A stretch of DNA of 60,180 bases, the filler included, from Squatina squatina (taxonomy: Eukaryota), in NCBI GenBank assembly GCA_031763465.1. It is 4 parts of 3 records of this genome, joined end to end, with 100 filler letters (N's around TTAATTAATTAA, not from the genome) between each part and the next. Parts side by side here need not be neighbours in the genome. Positions count along the whole stretch, not along the records: positions 1 to 14,727 come from JARFOE010000073.1; 3 more parts are not named here. One strand, 5' to 3'. Position 1 is the stretch's first letter. Each line of letters starts with the position of its first letter. Below are positions 1 through 11,800 of the stretch, in pieces. The position numbers were made by a program, and so were the translations under genes. A model generated the notes under the pieces. That model worked only from the letters and a program-made list of their open reading frames with translations, was not told where the DNA came from and did not search any database.

Positions 1-1629
1 CAGAGACAGAGGGACGGGCGGGGAATGGAGCAGCGACAGAGGGACGGGGGGGGCCTGGGGAGCTGGGAATTGGGTGGATATTTTGAGAAAGCGGGTGATG
101 GAGAGGTAATCACTTTTTGTTCTTTCCCTGGTCCCGTGCTCTCCTGGACATCAGCTTTACCTTAACCAGACAGTAGTTCAGTGAAAGTTAAATCAACACT
201 GCAAGTTATAGAAACCTGTTGTTTAGATTACAGAAAAAAAACGTAGACTTGATTAATAAGTTGGAACTGTTACTGTTAAAGAATTTGTAGATTTTTCTGT
301 GGCTTTTTGCTTTTGTTTTTAATGCTACACTAGTTTGCCATGTAGCAATTGCACTGTGCAATATTTACAACATGAGGACTGGGAAAATTTTTAAATATGT
401 ATGTCTCTTACAGTTTGCGATAGTATTTCTCGCTAGTTCTCAGTGATTTAAATGTGACCAAGCCTCCGTACCTTGTCACATAAAGCGGGTTTTCCAGGTG
501 ACTATTTTGGTGAGTGTCAAAAATAAGAGTTTATGGTGTATTATTGTCGAGATTCACTTTGAATTAAAATATATATTGCTGCAGCAAATGAGTGGTGGGT
601 ATTTTATACGAAGAGACAAAAATGACGGGCAAGAACAGACCCGCTGGCTCATCAAGCTTGCCCCAAACCTCCTGTTGGTTGGAGCATTGTAACTAAACAT
701 TTCCTCCACCCCCCGGCCACCGCAGCCATGTAATCTCCTGGGAGAGGCAAAAAAAAAGAGAAAAGCCCCAGGGCTAATAAAAGAAAAAAATACTTTGGAA
801 AATTCCTCTCCGACCCCCTCAAACGATGGAAACCAGTGCAGGAGATCACACGGACCGAGTGTTGTCTATAAAGACACTTACCTTCCACATGATGCAACCT
901 CTGTTCTATNNNNNNNNNNNNNNNNNNNNNNNNNNNNNNNNNNNNNNNNNNNNNNNNNNNNNNNNNNNNNNNNNNNNNNNNNNNNNNNNNNNNNNNNNNN
1001 NNNNNNNNNTACAAGTAATTTGAGACATGACGTGTGGTGAATGTGCTGTGCTTGGGAGGAACAGGTGACTTTGGGCCTGTGGTTCACAGAACTCGCCACT
1101 ATTGGGAGTTTTCCTCATGTCTGGGTCCATTGTAGACTCATTGATAGAGATTGATTGCTGTGATCAGTCAACAACTCCACTGTCATTGTATTATGTAACT
1201 ACCAGGATGATAGAAGGTGAACTCGATGGGCCTGGTCCTTTTATCGTTGAGCAATTCCTATGCCCCTATGTTGTGAAGTGTGGCACCTGTATTGTGTTAT
1301 CTGAAATGTGATGCTTGGAGGGTGGCATCGGGTGTGGTGGACAATAGAGAGAGATGGACATGTTGATAGGATCAGATGAAGTAAATAGAGTGGGAAGAGG
1401 CTTGTATACCTCCTCATTCTTCTCATCCTATCTGCAGCCTTTGGCACAATTGACCACACCAACCTCCTCCTCTGCCTCTCCTCTGTTGTCCAGCTGGGTG
1501 GGACTGGGTGGGACTGGGTGGGACTGCCCNNNNNNNNNNNNNNNNNNNNNNNNNNNNNNNNNNNNNNNNNNNNNNNNNNNNNNNNNNNNNNNNNNNNNNN
1601 NNNNNNNNNNNNNNNNNNNNNNNNNNNNN

Positions 1630-2400
1630 CCTAAAATTTCTGGGAGGTTATTTGTGTCTTCTTTTGTGAAGACAGAACCAAGTGTGTGTTTAATTGCTCT
1701 GCCATTTCCTTGTTCCCCATTATAAATACCCCTGTTTTTGACTGTAAGGGACCTACATTTGTCTTCACTAATCTTTTTCTATTAACATATTTGTAGAAGC
1801 TTTTAAATTCCACTTTTATGCTCCTTGCAAGTTTACTCTCATACTCTATTTTTTCGCTCTTGATAATCTCTTTGTCCTCCTTTGCTGAATTCTATACTGT
1901 TCCCAATCCTCAGGCTTGCTGCTTTTCCTGGCAACTTTATATGACTCCTCTTTGGATCCAGTACTATCCTTAATTTCTTTGGTAATCCATGGTTGAGCCA
2001 CCTTTCCTGTTTTGTTTTTGCACCAGACAGGAGTGTTTAATTGTTGCAATTCATGCATACGTTCTTTAAATATTAACCTATCCACCGTCAACCCTTTTAA
2101 TAAATTTCTCCAATCTATCATAGCTAAGTCGCCCCTCATTCCTTCGTAATTTCCTTTATTTTGATTTAGGATTCTAGTTTCCGATTCAACTACTTCACTT
2201 TCCATCTTAATGAAGAAATAANNNNNNNNNNNNNNNNNNNNNNNNNNCCCGCACAAGATTGTTAATTAACCCCTTCTCAGTGCACAGTTCCATGTCTTGG
2301 ATAGCCTGTTCCCTAATTAGTTCCTCAACGTATTGGTCTGAAAAACCATCTCATCCACACTCCAGGAATTCATCCTCCACAGTATTATTGCTAATTTGGT
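1630..2400 (-). mobile_element. CR1-type LINE ORF2 fragments (endonuclease-RT linker region)
   Basis: Peptides KGNYEGMRGDLAMIDW...QPWITKEIKDS and KSFYKYVNRKRLVKTNVGPLQ...NKEMAEQLN are typical of CR1 ORF2. Confidence 0.85.
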
Positions 2401-2620
2401 TGCATTGTTTAATGAGGTTTGTGTTGTTTAAAGGGATTCTGTTGTTTAAGGGGGTTTGTGTCATTTAAGGGGATTTACATTGTTTTAAGGAATTCCGTTG
2501 TTTAAATGGGTTGTATCATTTAAAGAAATTCTGTTGTTTGAAGGGATTGTGTCGTTTAAAGGGAATTGTTGTTTAAAGGGTGCACATTGTTTCAAAGCTG
2601 CACATTGATTAAAGAGTAAA
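2400..2620. repeat. Degenerate ~19-bp tandem repeat (GTGTTGTTTAAAGGGATT-like)
   Basis: About 11 imperfect copies of a tgtttaaaggg core. Confidence 0.75.
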
Positions 2621-2697
2621 TATCATTAAAGCAAACAAACGCTTTACAGCCTGGAGGTGATGTAGCATCTAAATGCCGTGTTTATATTTCCCTCTAG

Positions 2698-2866
2698 ATT
2701 TTGAACACGTCCGTGACTGATGGCTCTACAGCTGTCACGATGGTGTACATGGTGAGGAATGAGAGCGCGCTTCTGAATGGTACAACATCGAGCAGCCTTT
2801 TACATCACCTGACAGCTGCTGAGCTAGGATACTACCTGGCCTACCCACCTCTGATACTTGCCGAGC
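2698..2866 (+). CDS. KIAA1549L: KIAA1549L (UPF0606) internal coding exon
   Basis: cctctag|ATT...GAG C|gtaagt. Peptide ILNTSVTDGSTAVTMVYMVRNESALLNGTTSSSLLHHLTAAELGYYLAYPPLILAE resembles the KIAA1549/KIAA1549L extracellular repeat. 169 nt, phase 0-1. Confidence 0.85.
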
Positions 2867-3025
2867 GTAAGTGCACTCAATCATGTTTCAATTTGTTCAG
2901 TAATTAAAATGCAGTATAACAAGGANNNNNNNNNNNNNNNNNNNNNNNNNNNNNNNNNNNNNNNNNNNNNNNNNNNNNNNNNNNNNNNNNNNNNNNNNNN
3001 NNNNNNNNNNNNNNNNNNNNNNNNN

Positions 3026-3625
3026 AACAACCCCAGCTTCTCCAGTCTCTCCACGTAACTGAAGTCCCTCATCCCTGGAACCATTCCAGTAAATCTCCTC
3101 TGCACCCTCTCCAAGGCCTTGACATCCTTCCCAAAGTGCGGTGCCCAGAATTTGACACAATACTCCAACAAGGCCTAATTAGTGATTTATAAAGGTTTAA
3201 CACAACTTCCTTGCTTTTGGCCTGCCACCTTCAAAGATATGTGTATGCAGAAATGAATAATTGTTCCAGCGAGGAATAACACACATAATACAAAGCACCA
3301 GTAGTTGTTTTATCACTACATGACCAATATGGTTTACAAAGTATTACAATGTATTTGCAGCACAGAAACAGGCCATTTGGCCCAACAGGTTCCTACTGCT
3401 CCTTATGCTCCACATGAGCCTCTTCTTAACCCTTTTCATCTTACTCCATCAGCATATCCTTCTATTGCTTTCTCCCTCATGTGTTTATCCAGCTTCTCCT
3501 TAAATGCATCGAAACTATTCACCTCGACTACTCCCTGTGGTAGCGAGTCCCACGTTCTAACCACTCTCTGGGTCAAGAAGTTTCTCCAGAATTCCCTATC
3601 GGATTTATTAGTGACTGCCATATGC
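3026..3625 (-). mobile_element. CR1 LINE ORF2 C-terminal and 3' fragments
   Basis: LEYCVKFWAPHFGKDVKALERVQRRFTGMVPGM and NFLTQRVVRTWDSLPQGVVE...FKEKLDKHM. Confidence 0.88.
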
Positions 3626-3653
3626 TGATGGCTTGTTTTTAATTTTTCTGCAG

Positions 3654-3825
3654 CTGGTCAGCATTAAACGTCTCCCTGGCCCTAAGAATCCAGCCGAGCT
3701 GACGTACTATGCCTTGGAGAATGGCGGGGCCTTGCTGGGGACAACCGCAGCCAAGATACTGAATACCGTCGACCCACAGACAATGGCCTTGGAGCTAGGC
3801 TATCGTGTGCAGCTCCAAGCAGAAC
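3654..3825 (+). CDS. KIAA1549L: KIAA1549L internal coding exon
   Basis: ttttctgcag|CTG...GAA C|gtaagt. LVSIKRLPGPKNPAELTYYALENGGALLGTTAAKILNTVDPQTMALELGYRVQLQAE matches recalled human VPGPKDPAELTYY...LLGTAAAKILSTIDSQRMAL. Confidence 0.9.
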
Positions 3826-4110
3826 GTAAGTGGGCCTGTGTTTCCTCAGTTTCTGTTAGGAGGTGGGGCAAGTAAGGATAAGCCTAGGACTAGGGTACAT
3901 TTCCTAAGGGTTTGAGCCAGGCCTTTCAGGAGTAAAGTGAGGAAACGTAAAGAGTGGTAGAAGTTTGGGACTCTGTTCCGCAAATGGCAGTTGATGCTGG
4001 GTCAATTGTANNNNNNNNNNNNNNNNNNNNNNNNNNNNNNNNNNNNNNNNNNNNNNNNNNNNNNNNNNNNNNNNNNNNNNNNNNNNNNNNNNNNNNNNNN
4101 NNNNNNNNNN

Positions 4111-4425
4111 CTTCAGGTCTACAACCCTCTCTGCGCTCCTCCAATTCTGGCCTCTTCTGTATCCCCAATTTTCTTTGCTCAACCATTGGTGGCCGTGCTT
4201 TCAGCTGCCTAGGCCCTAGGTTTCAGAATTCCCTCGCTAAACTTCTCTGCCTCTCTACCTCTCTCTCCTTCAGGATATTCAATAAAACCTACCACTTTGA
4301 CCAAGCTTTTGGTCACCAATATCTACTTATGTCAAATTTTGTTTGATAATTGCTCCTGTGAAGTGCCTTGGAAAGTTTTACTACATTAGAAGTGCTATAT
4401 AAATACAATTTGCTGCTGTTGTTGT
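4111..4425 (+). mobile_element. L2-type LINE 3' end
   Basis: STIGGRAFSCLGPRFQNSL...KTYHFDQAF followed by a gtgaagtgccttgg...gctatataaatac...tgttgttg tail. Confidence 0.7.
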
Positions 4426-6116
4426 GTTCCAGTGTTAGGCTGGGTCCTATCCTAATTTCCAGCCACCAAAAAGTGAAAAAATTGTGTCAGATACCAATAA
4501 GTCCAGTCCTGGATATTAACAGCGACGGGTTGCATAGGCGGGGGCAGCGGAGCTTCGGACTGGAAAAGATTCACCCCACAGAGTTGACAACAAGAAACAT
4601 GTGGGGTGAATTGTAAACCCCCAAAATGGGTGGGTTGGGGCCTGATGAAATGTTAAAATTTTAAAAATCTCAAACCCGCCTCCAACCTGCCCATTTCCAG
4701 GTTAATGGAGGTGGGACAGGGGGAGGGCAGCCAACCCACTCCCAGGAGGCGGGTTGGTAATTTAAATATTTTCATGGGGCTGGCAGCCTCAGATTTAACC
4801 TGCTTTGCGGGTTTAACCCTGGCCAGCTGGGTTTCCCAATCCTTGGGAAACCCGTCAGCTGAAGGGAGGCAAGGACAGCTTCGGGGCGAAAGTAAGTGAC
4901 TTTACTTGTGCTCCAAGAGGAGCAGGTGTGCTTCCCACCCCCCGCCCCAGTAGCAGTTGCAGGATCCCTACCTGCTCCTGTGGCCTGCTCCAGAGCACTC
5001 CAGAGGTCAGGCCTGTCAATCAGAAAAAAAACTCTGCCATTGTGGAATCAAAACTCCACAGCATGTCAGGAAACCTGAACTTCCGGGTTTCCTGACAGAA
5101 ACCCCACTCCCCCTGCCTGTGCAATCCACCGATGTCTAGTGCGGGGCCCCAATGTCGCAGAGTTCAAAGACCTGGAGGTGCAAACCTCCTGGATTATTCC
5201 CTGATGAGATGAGACATGCCAACTCAACTTTGGATTCAAAGTTTAAAGCGATGGTTTTTCAAATTCACAGCTCCAATTCTACTTGATAAATCTTCCTGCA
5301 AGTTGTCAATTAAACACTGTTGGGCTGGGCTCTGCAAAGTTGGCTTCCTANNNNNNNNNNNNNNNNNNNNNNNNNNNNNNNNNNNNNNNNNNNNNNNNNN
5401 NNNNNNNNNNNNNNNNNNNNNNNNNNNNNNNNNNNNNNNNNNNNNNNNNNAGTGTCTGGCCGCGGGGCGCTCTCAGGATGGCCGGCGGCCCTCCCCTTTA
5501 AGTGAGTCCTGGCAGTGCTGCTGACGTCAGCTGATGCGGTGCTTCTGACATCGCTAGTGTGGTGCTCAGGGCACGCCAGCGGCGTCCAAGACCAGCCGCC
5601 CCAGTTACGACCGGGAGCGCGCTGCGCCTCGCAGGCACCTAGGATTGTTGAATTCCACAGGGGGTGGGACAGAGTTGGCGCTGGCACGCAAAATGCCGGC
5701 TCCTGCCCGGTGAGCACCCCAACGGGGTGTGAATCAATTCTGGTCCCTTAGTCTGTTAATCATGTGCCTTAAATTTCTGCGGCGAGTTTAATGGGCGATT
5801 AATGTACAAATCCAGCAAGTTCTTAAAATCACAGTGGAGGCTAAGGGCAAAGGGCCATTTGTGTGAAGTAAACAGCAGAGCGGCGTAAATCGACCAGCAG
5901 TTTTGCAACTGGTGGCATATCTCTTAATCCCCTGAACTCGCTGGCCGATTTGTACATTAATAGCACCGTGTGTCGTTAACACGCCATTATTTTTTCCAGC
6001 GAGATTTGGTCCAGAGGGATTTATCGCACACACACAGGTTGCTAACAGTTGTATTTTACTGCCGCGAATAAGCACAGGGACCCCGGGAGAAAGCTGATTA
6101 CTTTGAACGAGCCCAC

Positions 6117-6117
<1 letters not shown>

Positions 6118-6149
<32 letters not shown>
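6118..6149 (+). repeat. (TC)16 microsatellite forming the polypyrimidine tract of the KIAA1549L exon
   Basis: Perfect dinucleotide run ending 6 nt before the exon start at 6156. Confidence 0.95.
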
Positions 6150-6153
<4 letters not shown>

Positions 6154-6155
6154 AG

Positions 6156-6376
6156 GTGAGCAAGGCCCTGAAACAGAAATCCGACATTGAGCACTACCGA
6201 AACAAACTGCGCCTGAAAGCAAAGAGGAAAGGTTATTACGATTTCCCTGAAGTGGAAAATAATCAGCCCATGACGGAGAAGCCGAGGAAAATGTACGAGA
6301 AGGGACAGATGGAAATCAATCGCGTATTGGAAGCTGAAACCCGGGTGTCTTCCACATTCACTCAATCTAGAAACAG
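6156..6376 (+). CDS. KIAA1549L: KIAA1549L cytoplasmic-domain coding exon
   Basis: (CT)n-ccaacag|GTG...AAC AG|gtaaga. VSKALKQKSDIEHYRNKLRLKAKRKGYYDFP is near-identical to the recalled human KIAA1549L motif. Confidence 0.93.
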
Positions 6377-6957
6377 GTAAGAGTAATACAGCGTTTGATA
6401 AGAATCTGAGAACGTGCGGAATTCAACAGGATGTCGAATTATTCGAAACATTAACATTAACCCTTTTACAACAACAACTCATATTTATATAATGCCTTTA
6501 ACATAGTGCAACGTCCCAGGTGCTTCACAAGAGTATTATGAGATTTTAAAAATTGACACCGAGCCACATAAGGAGAAATCAAAGCAGGTTACCAAAAGCT
6601 TGGTCAAAGTTTTAAGGAACATCTTGAAGGAGGAAAGNNNNNNNNNNNNNNNNNNNNNNNNNNNNNNNNNNNNNNNNNNNNNNNNNNNNNNNNNNNNNNN
6701 NNNNNNNNNNNNNNNNNNNNNNNNNNNNNNNNNNNNNAAGCGATGCGAGAGTCAGTCCTTGAGCTGGTCTTCGAACTCTTATCCCTAATGTAACTTGCAA
6801 TCAGATCGCTAGTCTCCGAATCCTTCATCAATGTGTGAGTGGAACTGCCTCGACTCTGATAACCACAGGGGCCAGTCACAAACATAGGAGAGCAGGCACC
6901 AAATAAAAACCTGGGAAGGTACAGCTTCAAACTGAAATGGCAAACTCCTGAACTCAC

Positions 6958-7267
6958 ATCTTCTCAAATCGAAACCGTCCCCAGTTAAGGTGAGGAGCTC
7001 CATTTCCTTCAGGCGGATGTCCAGCTCGCAGATCTCATCCAGCTCGCTCCAGGCGGAATCCCCTCCCGCCGGAGGGGAGAAGAATTTCAGTGGTTCGTAG
7101 GGGTTGTCCGCCAGCCCGCGCGGCCACGGGGCCACCTTCGGGCTCTTGTTTTCGGTGATCTATTGCGCTGGGAACAGGTTCTTCCAGATGTTGAAGCTGT
7201 TCAGGGATGACGCGCTGCTGTTGGTGTCGTAAAGTGAAGGGAAATACTGGGGGGCCTTTTTACTCAT
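6958..7267 (-). CDS. C11orf91: C11orf91 orthologue, main coding exon, interrupted by an in-frame TAG at 7160-7162
   Basis: [14 protein letters not shown]...[41 protein letters not shown]...[22 protein letters not shown] matches recalled human LYFPSLYD/FNIWKKLF/PWPSGLASIPYEPLRFF/LCELEIRIKELELLTITGDGFD. GTGAGT donor at 6957-6952. It neighbours KIAA1549L as in human 11p13. Confidence 0.88.
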
Positions 7268-7549
7268 CTTTCCTGGGTGGCCTGAAGCTGGTCTTCGTCG
7301 ATCTCNNNNNNNNNNNNNNNNNNNNNNNNNNNNNNNNNNNNNNNNNNNNNNNNNNNNNNNNNNNNNNNNNNNNNNNNNNNNNNNNNNNNNNNNNNNNNNN
7401 NNNNNGCAAAGTTGAATACATTGCATTCAGTCCCTTCATCTAAGTCAATAATATAAATTGTAAATAGCTGAGGCTCCAGCACTGATCCTGGCAGCACTGC
7501 ACTAGTTACAGCCTGCCAAATGGAAAATTATCCATTTAGTCTTACTCTT

Positions 7550-8822
7550 TCCAAAGGGAATTGGTTAGATACTTGAAAAGGAAAAAATGCCGTTCTATGG
7601 GAAAAGAGCAGGGGGATTGTGACTAATGGAGTAACACAGCGGGTGGATGAGGGTAGCACAGTTGATGCTTTGTATTTGGAGTTTCAAAAGGTTTCTGATA
7701 AATAAAAGACTTGGTAGTAAAATTGAAGTGTCTGGTATTAAAAGGGCACTGGCTCCTTGTCTAGGAAATTGGCTAAGGGACACAGAGAATAGAGTAGTCA
7801 TGAACAGTTGTTTTTCAGAATGGAGGGAAATATAGAGTAGTGTCTGCTAGGTGTTGGAATGAGGTCCTCTGCTCTTTTTGATATATAATACTGACCTGGA
7901 CTTGGGTACACAAAGCATAATTTCAAAGTTTGCAGATGATATGAAAGTCAGAAATGTAATAAATAGTGAGGAGGACAGTAACAGACAGCAGGAGAACATA
8001 AACCGAATGGTGAAATGGGCAGACACCTGGCAGATTAAATTTAATGCAGAGAAGTGTGAAGTGACTTATTTTTCTAGGAAGAATGAGACAATGAAATGGG
8101 AATTAAGTTATAGAATCATACAGTGGGTGCAGGAACAGAGAGACCTGGGGGTATACATATTCAGGTCTTTGGCGTTAGCAGTACTAGTTGAAGAAGCTGT
8201 TAAAATAGCTTTATAAATAGAGGCATCGAGTATAAAAGCAAGGAGGTGATGCTAAACCCTTATAAACTACTGGTTCGAACCCAGCTGGAAGACAGTGTTA
8301 AAACCTGGACACCACACCGTAGGAAGGATGTCAGGGCCATGGAGAGGATGGAGGGGTCATTTACCAGGATGGTACCAGGGATGAAAGACTTCTGTTACTT
8401 GGAGAGATTAATGAATCTAAGGTTGTTCTCCTTAGAGGCTTCAGGAGAGATTTGATAAGAGTTGCTCAAAATCTTGAAGTGTTCTGATAGAGTAAATAAG
8501 GAGAAACTGCTTCCAGGGACAGAATGGTTGGTAAGCAAAGAAAAGAGATTTGAAGTGCTTGGCAAATGAACCAGAAGCGACATGCAGAAACATTTTCTTA
8601 TGCAGCGAGTTATTATGATCTGGAATGTACTGCCTGCAAAGGTGGAGGAAGCAGATTCAATACTAACTTTTAAAAGGGAATTAGTTAAATACTGGAAAAG
8701 GAAATATCATTGGGACATGGGGCAAGAGTTGGGGAGTGGGATTTATAGCTCCACCCTATCAAAGAGCATGAACACGCAGGATGGACTGAATGGCCTTCTT
8801 CTGTGCTGCAGGATTCTATGAT
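7550..8822 (+). mobile_element. Degenerate CR1 LINE, RT C-terminal half plus 3' tail
   Basis: ISKFADDMK, WADTWQIKFNAEKCEV, QEQRDLGV, FLMQRVIMIWNVLP. Ends ctgtgctgcaggattctatgatt. Frameshifts and stops present. Confidence 0.9.
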
Positions 8823-9999
8823 TGCACGAGGTGTAAAAGTCTGATTTGAGTGTCAGACACTGGAACTCAACATCAGTCCCACTCACAGACACAGTGACTG
8901 TCACACTCACCAGACCAGACATGCTCACACCATGGAACTGTAACTGGATTGCAGAGTGAGTTCCAGGAGTATTTAAACCTGGGAAACATGGAAATAATTA
9001 CAAAGTGACAAGATCAAATGGTATGTTGGCCTTTATTAAGTATCAGAGTAAAGATACCTACTGCAGTAATGTCGGGCCAGAGGGAGACCACACCTGGCGT
9101 GTACAGATTTAGTCTCCATAGCTAAGGAAGGATATACTTGCCACAGAGGGAGAGCAAAAAAGTTTCACCCGATTCCTGGGANNNNNNNNNNNNNNNNNNN
9201 NNNNNNNNNNNNNNNNNNNNNNNNNNNNNNNNNNNNNNNNNNNNNNNNNNNNNNNNNNNNNNNNNNNNNNNNNNNNNNNNNATGTTTAATAGTTTAGGAA
9301 ATTATGAGGTGATTTTTTTGATTGCACAATTGTAGCAGGGAGTTTCACCTGTTGGAAGCGTATGTTGTAAATTTGCCCGTGATTCGTCAACCCTCTCCCA
9401 CCAGCCTTGCAAATCTAGAAAATGACCCCGAGCACGCAATTTTCAGATGAAACAGCATTTCCTTCAGGCATGAAGTTCACAGAAAATATTTGGAAGACTT
9501 CAAGAGCTTTGTCAAGTCTGCATTTACAAAAGCAGAAGCAAAGCAACTATTAAGCAGATGCGAGAACAGAAAGTCAGTCAGGTTTATGCAATTCTGGCAG
9601 AGCAATTCACTTGGAAACTCAACGGTATTCCTCATGGATGCAAAAAGTGAGCCCAGCTTATTAAGTGATGCATCATAAATCACCCTTCAGAACCACGGAA
9701 AGCATATTTTGTCTCCGATGACTGTTCCTTGTGGTTATTGCAGCTTCTGCAGTTACTTATTGCCCGTGCTGTCGCTGTGCTCTGTGTCCCGTTTGGAAAG
9801 ATGCTGAGATTGGATGTGTTCGTCTCCAAGGGTTGGGGGTGGGGNNNNNNNNNNNNNNNNNNNNNNNNNNNNNNNNNNNNNNNNNNNNNNNNNNNNNNNN
9901 NNNNNNNNNNNNNNNNNNNNNNNNNNNNNNNNNNNNNNNNNNNNACTCTCCAGCCAGGGGAAACAACCTCTCGGTATCTACCCTGTCAATCCCTCTAAT

Positions 10000-10251
10000 T
10001 AGGTTGACCAGACCGGGACAATCAGTCTGCGAATGTGCTGCCCGGTATCCACTGGGACTGTGCATTTGCAGTCCATTCTTCACCGGAACTGCGCATGTGC
10101 AGTGTAGTCTTCGCTGGGATGCGCAAGCGCAGTCAAGTGGGCACAAAAAACCGGGACATTTGAGCAATTTTGTGGTAAGTTTCGGGACACCGGGACACTC
10201 GCTCAAAAAACCAGGACTGTCCCGGCAAAACTGGGACGTCTGGTCACCCTA
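10000..10251. mobile_element. Non-autonomous hAT (Blackjack-like) MITE nested in a minus-strand CR1 fragment
   Basis: TIRs TAGGTTGACCAGAC...GTCTGGTCACCCTA. Perfect 8-bp TSD CCTCTAAT at 9992-9999 and 10252-10259. Confidence 0.9.
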
Positions 10252-11271
10252 CCTCTAATACATTTATATGTTTCAATGAGATCGCTGCTCATTCTCCTAA
10301 ACTGCAGTGAGTATAGGCCCATTCTACTCAATACCTCCTCACAGGACAGCCCTCTCATCCCTGGAATCTAGTCTTATCGAGTACGTTGTAATTAAAGGAC
10401 AGGCAATACAAATATCTGAAAGTAAACTTTTACAGAACCTCTTAGCTGGCAGTTTCAGGAGCTTGGTTTATTTCTGGCCATTCATTTTCACTACCCTTGG
10501 ATTGGCTTTTAATTAACGAAACTGGGAATAGCTCATGATGTCCCCCTCCCCCTGTGTAATGACTATCATTGTACTCTTCTCTATTTAGCAACTCATGCAT
10601 TGAATTCTTTGTGTTTGCCATCACTTTGCCAAAATATTTAATCTGAAAGCGAAACTGGAAATTGCAACGAGCCATTTCATTCATCAAAGAGCTGAGACTC
10701 TTTGCTTTGTCTTTTTGGGATGGCTGCAATAACGTGGAGTTGTTTGCCATTGTCTGTCATGTTTAGTGCTGTAGTTTGCAGAAGGAGAGCGGTAGCCTGT
10801 ATCAAAAAAATGATTTCAGACTGCTGCCCAAAGCCATTCAGGTCATGGGGCCCTGTCTCTGTGCCAAATATTCAAGGGATGAGGTAGAGCGAAGGGGAAC
10901 CTTTTCAATAGAAGACTGTAATAAATCTGCTGCTCAGGAACCTTCCCTGCTGTTGCCGGTACACACTTGTTACTGGATCCTCAGGATTGCAGCTCCAGAG
11001 AGAATCCTGGAAATGGGCGATCAAGATTCCGGTTTCTGGGACGTTTGTGCTGTGAGAAGTCAGAAACCGATGACAATTCACCCTTAATAGAAACTGGTAA
11101 TTCTGCAAAAATGACACCTCATAGGGACAGGGGTATCCCATTCCACATCTTCTGGCAATGTCCTAAATCTGNNNNNNNNNNNNNNNNNNNNNNNNNNNNN
11201 NNNNNNNNNNNNNNNNNNNNNNNNNNNNNNNNNNNNNNNNNNNNNNNNNNNNNNNNNNNNNNNNNNNNNNN

Positions 11272-11800
11272 TCAGGAACTTGGGCAGGGGGAGAAGGTCA
11301 GGAACTTGGGCAGGGGGAGAAGGTCAGGAACTTGGGCAGGGGGAGAAGATCAGGAACTCGGGCAGGGGGAGAAGGTCAGGAACTCGGGCAGGGATGGAAG
11401 ATCAGGAACTTGGGCAGGGATGGAAGATCAGGAACTTGGGCAGGGGGAGAAGGTCAGTAACTCGGGCAGGAATGGAAGATCAGGAACTTGGGCAGGGGGA
11501 GAAGGTCAGGAACTTGGGCAGGGGGAGAAGGTCAGGAACTCGGGCAGGGGGAGAAGGTCAGGAACTTGGGCTGGGGGAGAAGGTCAGGAACTCGGGCAGG
11601 GGGAGAAGGTCAGGAACTTGGGCAGGGGGAGAAGGTCAGGAACCCGGGCGGGGGAGAAGGTCAGAAACTTGGGCTGGTGGTGGGGAGGGAAGGTCAGGCA
11701 CTTGGGTGGGGGGAGAATGTCAGAAACTTGGGGGGAGAATGTCAGGAACTTGGGCCGGGTGAGGGGAGGAAGGTCAGGCACTTGGGAGGTGAGGGCAGGA
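11272..11800. repeat. G-rich 26-bp minisatellite (TCAGGAACTTGGGCAGGGGGAGAAGG)n
   Basis: About 20 units, highly similar at the 5' side and decaying 3'. Continues into the N gap. Confidence 0.95.

Noticed and set aside
670-908. Possible ribozyme in a repeat containing GGAAACCAG and an inverted ATCTCCTG/CAGGAGAT pair
   Set aside because: No CUGANGA core in the proper position. It is more likely a structured LINE/SINE 3' UTR.
4590-6012. GC-rich blocks as a possible promoter or CpG island
   Set aside because: They are intronic, and similar ends recur at ~14620, ~25146, ~30400 and ~42330. They are probably non-autonomous DNA-transposon (Harbinger-like) pieces, with boundaries too uncertain to annotate.
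9477-10750. ORFs at 9490-9678 (+) and 10442-10750 (-) as possible CD59/FBXO3 exons
   Set aside because: No Ly6 cysteine pattern or F-box/ApaG motifs, and no convincing splice-site pairs.
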